Position numbers and translations under genes: made by a program | NCBI GenBank assembly: GCA_021775515.1 | Contig: JAJFHR010000411.1 | Coordinates: 1-37,852, forward strand | Length of the DNA: 37,852 nucleotides | DNA from: Hyphomicrobiales bacterium | Lineage (GTDB): Bacteria; Pseudomonadota; Alphaproteobacteria; Rhizobiales; JAJFHR01 | Direction of reading: 5' to 3' | Part shown: one piece after another, positions 37,201 through 37,852 of the stretch | Layout: every line of letters begins with the position of its first letter | Position numbering within the stretch: the stretch's first letter is position 1 | The notes under the pieces: model-generated | What the model saw: only the letters and a program-made list of their open reading frames with translations | Told to the model about the DNA's origin: nothing | Databases searched by the model: none

Positions 37201-37852
37201 CAACGGAATGTTATTGTCAACCAAGATAAAACTGATTGCTGCCTTTGATCACCGTGATATTTTTATTGACCCCGATCCCGATCCGGCAAAATCATTTGCT
37301 GAACGTAAACGCATATTTGCGCTCACCCGGTCAACTTGGGGGGATTATTCAACCTCGCTGATCAGCAAAGGCGGCGGAATTTTCAGCCGGTCAGAAAAAT
37401 CAATTGCGCTAAGCAATGAAATAAAAACCCTTACGGGTCTCAAGACTAATTCAGCCACGCCAAATGAACTTCTCGGCGCCTTGCTGAAAAGTGAAGCTGA
37501 TCTTTTGTGGTTTGGTGGTATCGGCACATATGTCAGAGCAAGTGGAGAAACCGACGATGCCGCCGGAGACCGTGCCAATGACGCCATTCGGGTGAGCGCG
37601 AAAGAGCTTAAGTTCAAAGTCATCGGCGAAGGTGCCAATCTTGGCATGACACAACGGGCGCGTATCGAATTTGCTCAAAATGGCGGCCGGGTAAACACAG
37701 ATGCGGTTGATAACTCAGCCGGCGTGAACTCCTCCGACCTCGAGGTCAATATTAAAATCGCCGTTGGTGCGGTTGAAACAGCCGGTAAACTTACCCGCAA
37801 GGACCGCAATAAATTCCTGGCCAGCATGACCCGGCAGGTTGCGGATTTGGTG
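34214..37852 (+). CDS. gdhB: NAD-specific glutamate dehydrogenase, large (~180 kDa) class; 3' end beyond the window
   Basis: Absent from the ORF track (no in-window stop). My translation from ATG 34214 reads MGSNTFPKLLAAANRELKKRSGDGEDAARFATHFYSKGHPDDFINREPRELAAIASSAYGFRTVRQPGKSKVRIFNPEYSQDGWNDTDTVIEILNDDMPFLVDSVLDEL... The frame stays open for exactly 1213 codons to the window end. The track's minus-strand ORFs here are short mutually overlapping shadows. Confidence 0.88.
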   Translation, partial: MGSNTFPKLLAAANRELKKRSGDGEDAARFATHFYSKGHPDDFINREPRELAAIASSAYGFRTVRQPGKSKVRIFNPEYSQDGWNDTDTVIEILNDDMPFLVDSVLDELAESSIPINLLLHPIETVHRSVKTGAVVKSSKGSSEVRESFIHIHVDRISRSTEQAKLNDRLAKTLEEVRLAVVDWSAMMKRVERVIDDYKEIPPPIPVDELAESLEFLNWLLDGNFIFLGIREYAFDGSAETGDLQAVKRSSLGILRNSKVEVLRRAGKLVSITPEVRDFLMDPAPLIIAKANVKAKVHRRVYMDYIGVKIFDRKGKLQGELRLIGLFTSVAYTRSVSAIPILRRNAVRVIESSNVNREGHSGKALQNILENYPRDELFQIDDETLRENALGMLRLSERPRTRIFVRKDKFDRFVSVLVFISRERFNTDVRVKVGNFLAQAFDGRISAYYPSYPEGTLIRIHFIIGRNEDETPSPNVAELEATINGLTLTWSDNLIAAINEKNAGSVARSLIKRYAAAFSPAYKDAFSPNQGLADIGRMEGLRKIGGLSIEFGANGQENENNDHSIRLKLYHCGGPIPLSDRLPILEKMGFRAINERSYQIVRGEGALSDFVWVHDIVLQHVTGQKIDLEDLEDRLEACFMAVWNGQAENDGYNALVLNEGIGWRDVSMLRTYGKYLRQVGISFSQTYMAATLVNHGSIATWLVDLFHTRFDPRYARGGSSNVARAKSLLGKIEKALVDVSILDEDRIIRHFCNVITATWRTNFFQTAADGQPKTAIAVKLNSKIVDGLPDPRPYAEIFVYSPDVEGIHMRFGKIARGGLRWSDRPEDFRTEVLGLVKAQQVKNAVIVPVGSKGGFVPKKLPLEGPREKIQQEAIRCYKLFISSLLDLTDNLSGTELIPPDEVNRHDGDDPYLVVAADKGTATFSDIANGISVDRGFWLGDAFASGGSAGYDHKKMGITARGGWEAVKRHFREMNIDCQKTPFTVIGVGDMSGDVFGNGMLLSTKIKLIAAFDHRDIFIDPDPDPAKSFAERKRIFALTRSTWGDYSTSLISKGGGIFSRSEKSIALSNEIKTLTGLKTNSATPNELLGALLKSEADLLWFGGIGTYVRASGETDDAAGDRANDAIRVSAKELKFKVIGEGANLGMTQRARIEFAQNGGRVNTDAVDNSAGVNSSDLEVNIKIAVGAVETAGKLTRKDRNKFLASMTRQVADLV

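Overview
Chromosomal segment with the gene content of a moderate-GC, probably marine alphaproteobacterium. The taxon is my inference from gene content, since no search was possible. I found no rRNA, tRNA, CRISPR array, transposase or integrase. Most of the window is densely packed housekeeping and transport genes. These include: a ybbP/ybbA-like ABC pair divergent from a tesA-like GDSL esterase; tas-like aldo-keto reductase; thpR; phhB; two SDRs; a quinone oxidoreductase; a SpoU methyltransferase; rlmN; argG; folD-yggU-yggT; a GATase-SDR pair; a TerB-family protein; an L,D-transpeptidase; a DctPQM TRAP system; an ABM/NIPSNAP pair with a divergent ArsR regulator; a TPR-sulfotransferase; a second TRAP system next to a GMC oxidoreductase and a LacI regulator; and the first 1213 codons of a giant NAD-glutamate dehydrogenase. 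The anomalous part is about 13.2-21.0 kb. A 44-nt core (39/44 identical) occurs twice in direct orientation, 7,068 bp apart. In both copies, homology continues only to the right, through about 270 nt of non-coding DNA into a MerR/excisionase-like HTH gene. That gene is intact at 13464-13952 and internally deleted and stop-interrupted at about 20560-20871. The first copy is followed by a 2.5-kb AT-rich stretch that is T-rich on the + strand and has no credible ORF in any frame. The second copy sits inside a 1.3-kb ORF-poor stretch. I read this as the junctions of related, integrase-less, decaying integrated elements. A large non-coding RNA or regulatory region in the ORF desert is the alternative, and I cannot prove either without searches or folding. 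Other oddities are an orphan 104-aa flagellar-rod-family mini-protein, a signal-peptide-bearing protein with a 44% lysine pentapeptide-repeat tail, a nested inverted-repeat structure filling a convergent intergenic gap, and two LacI-type operators in a divergent promoter region.
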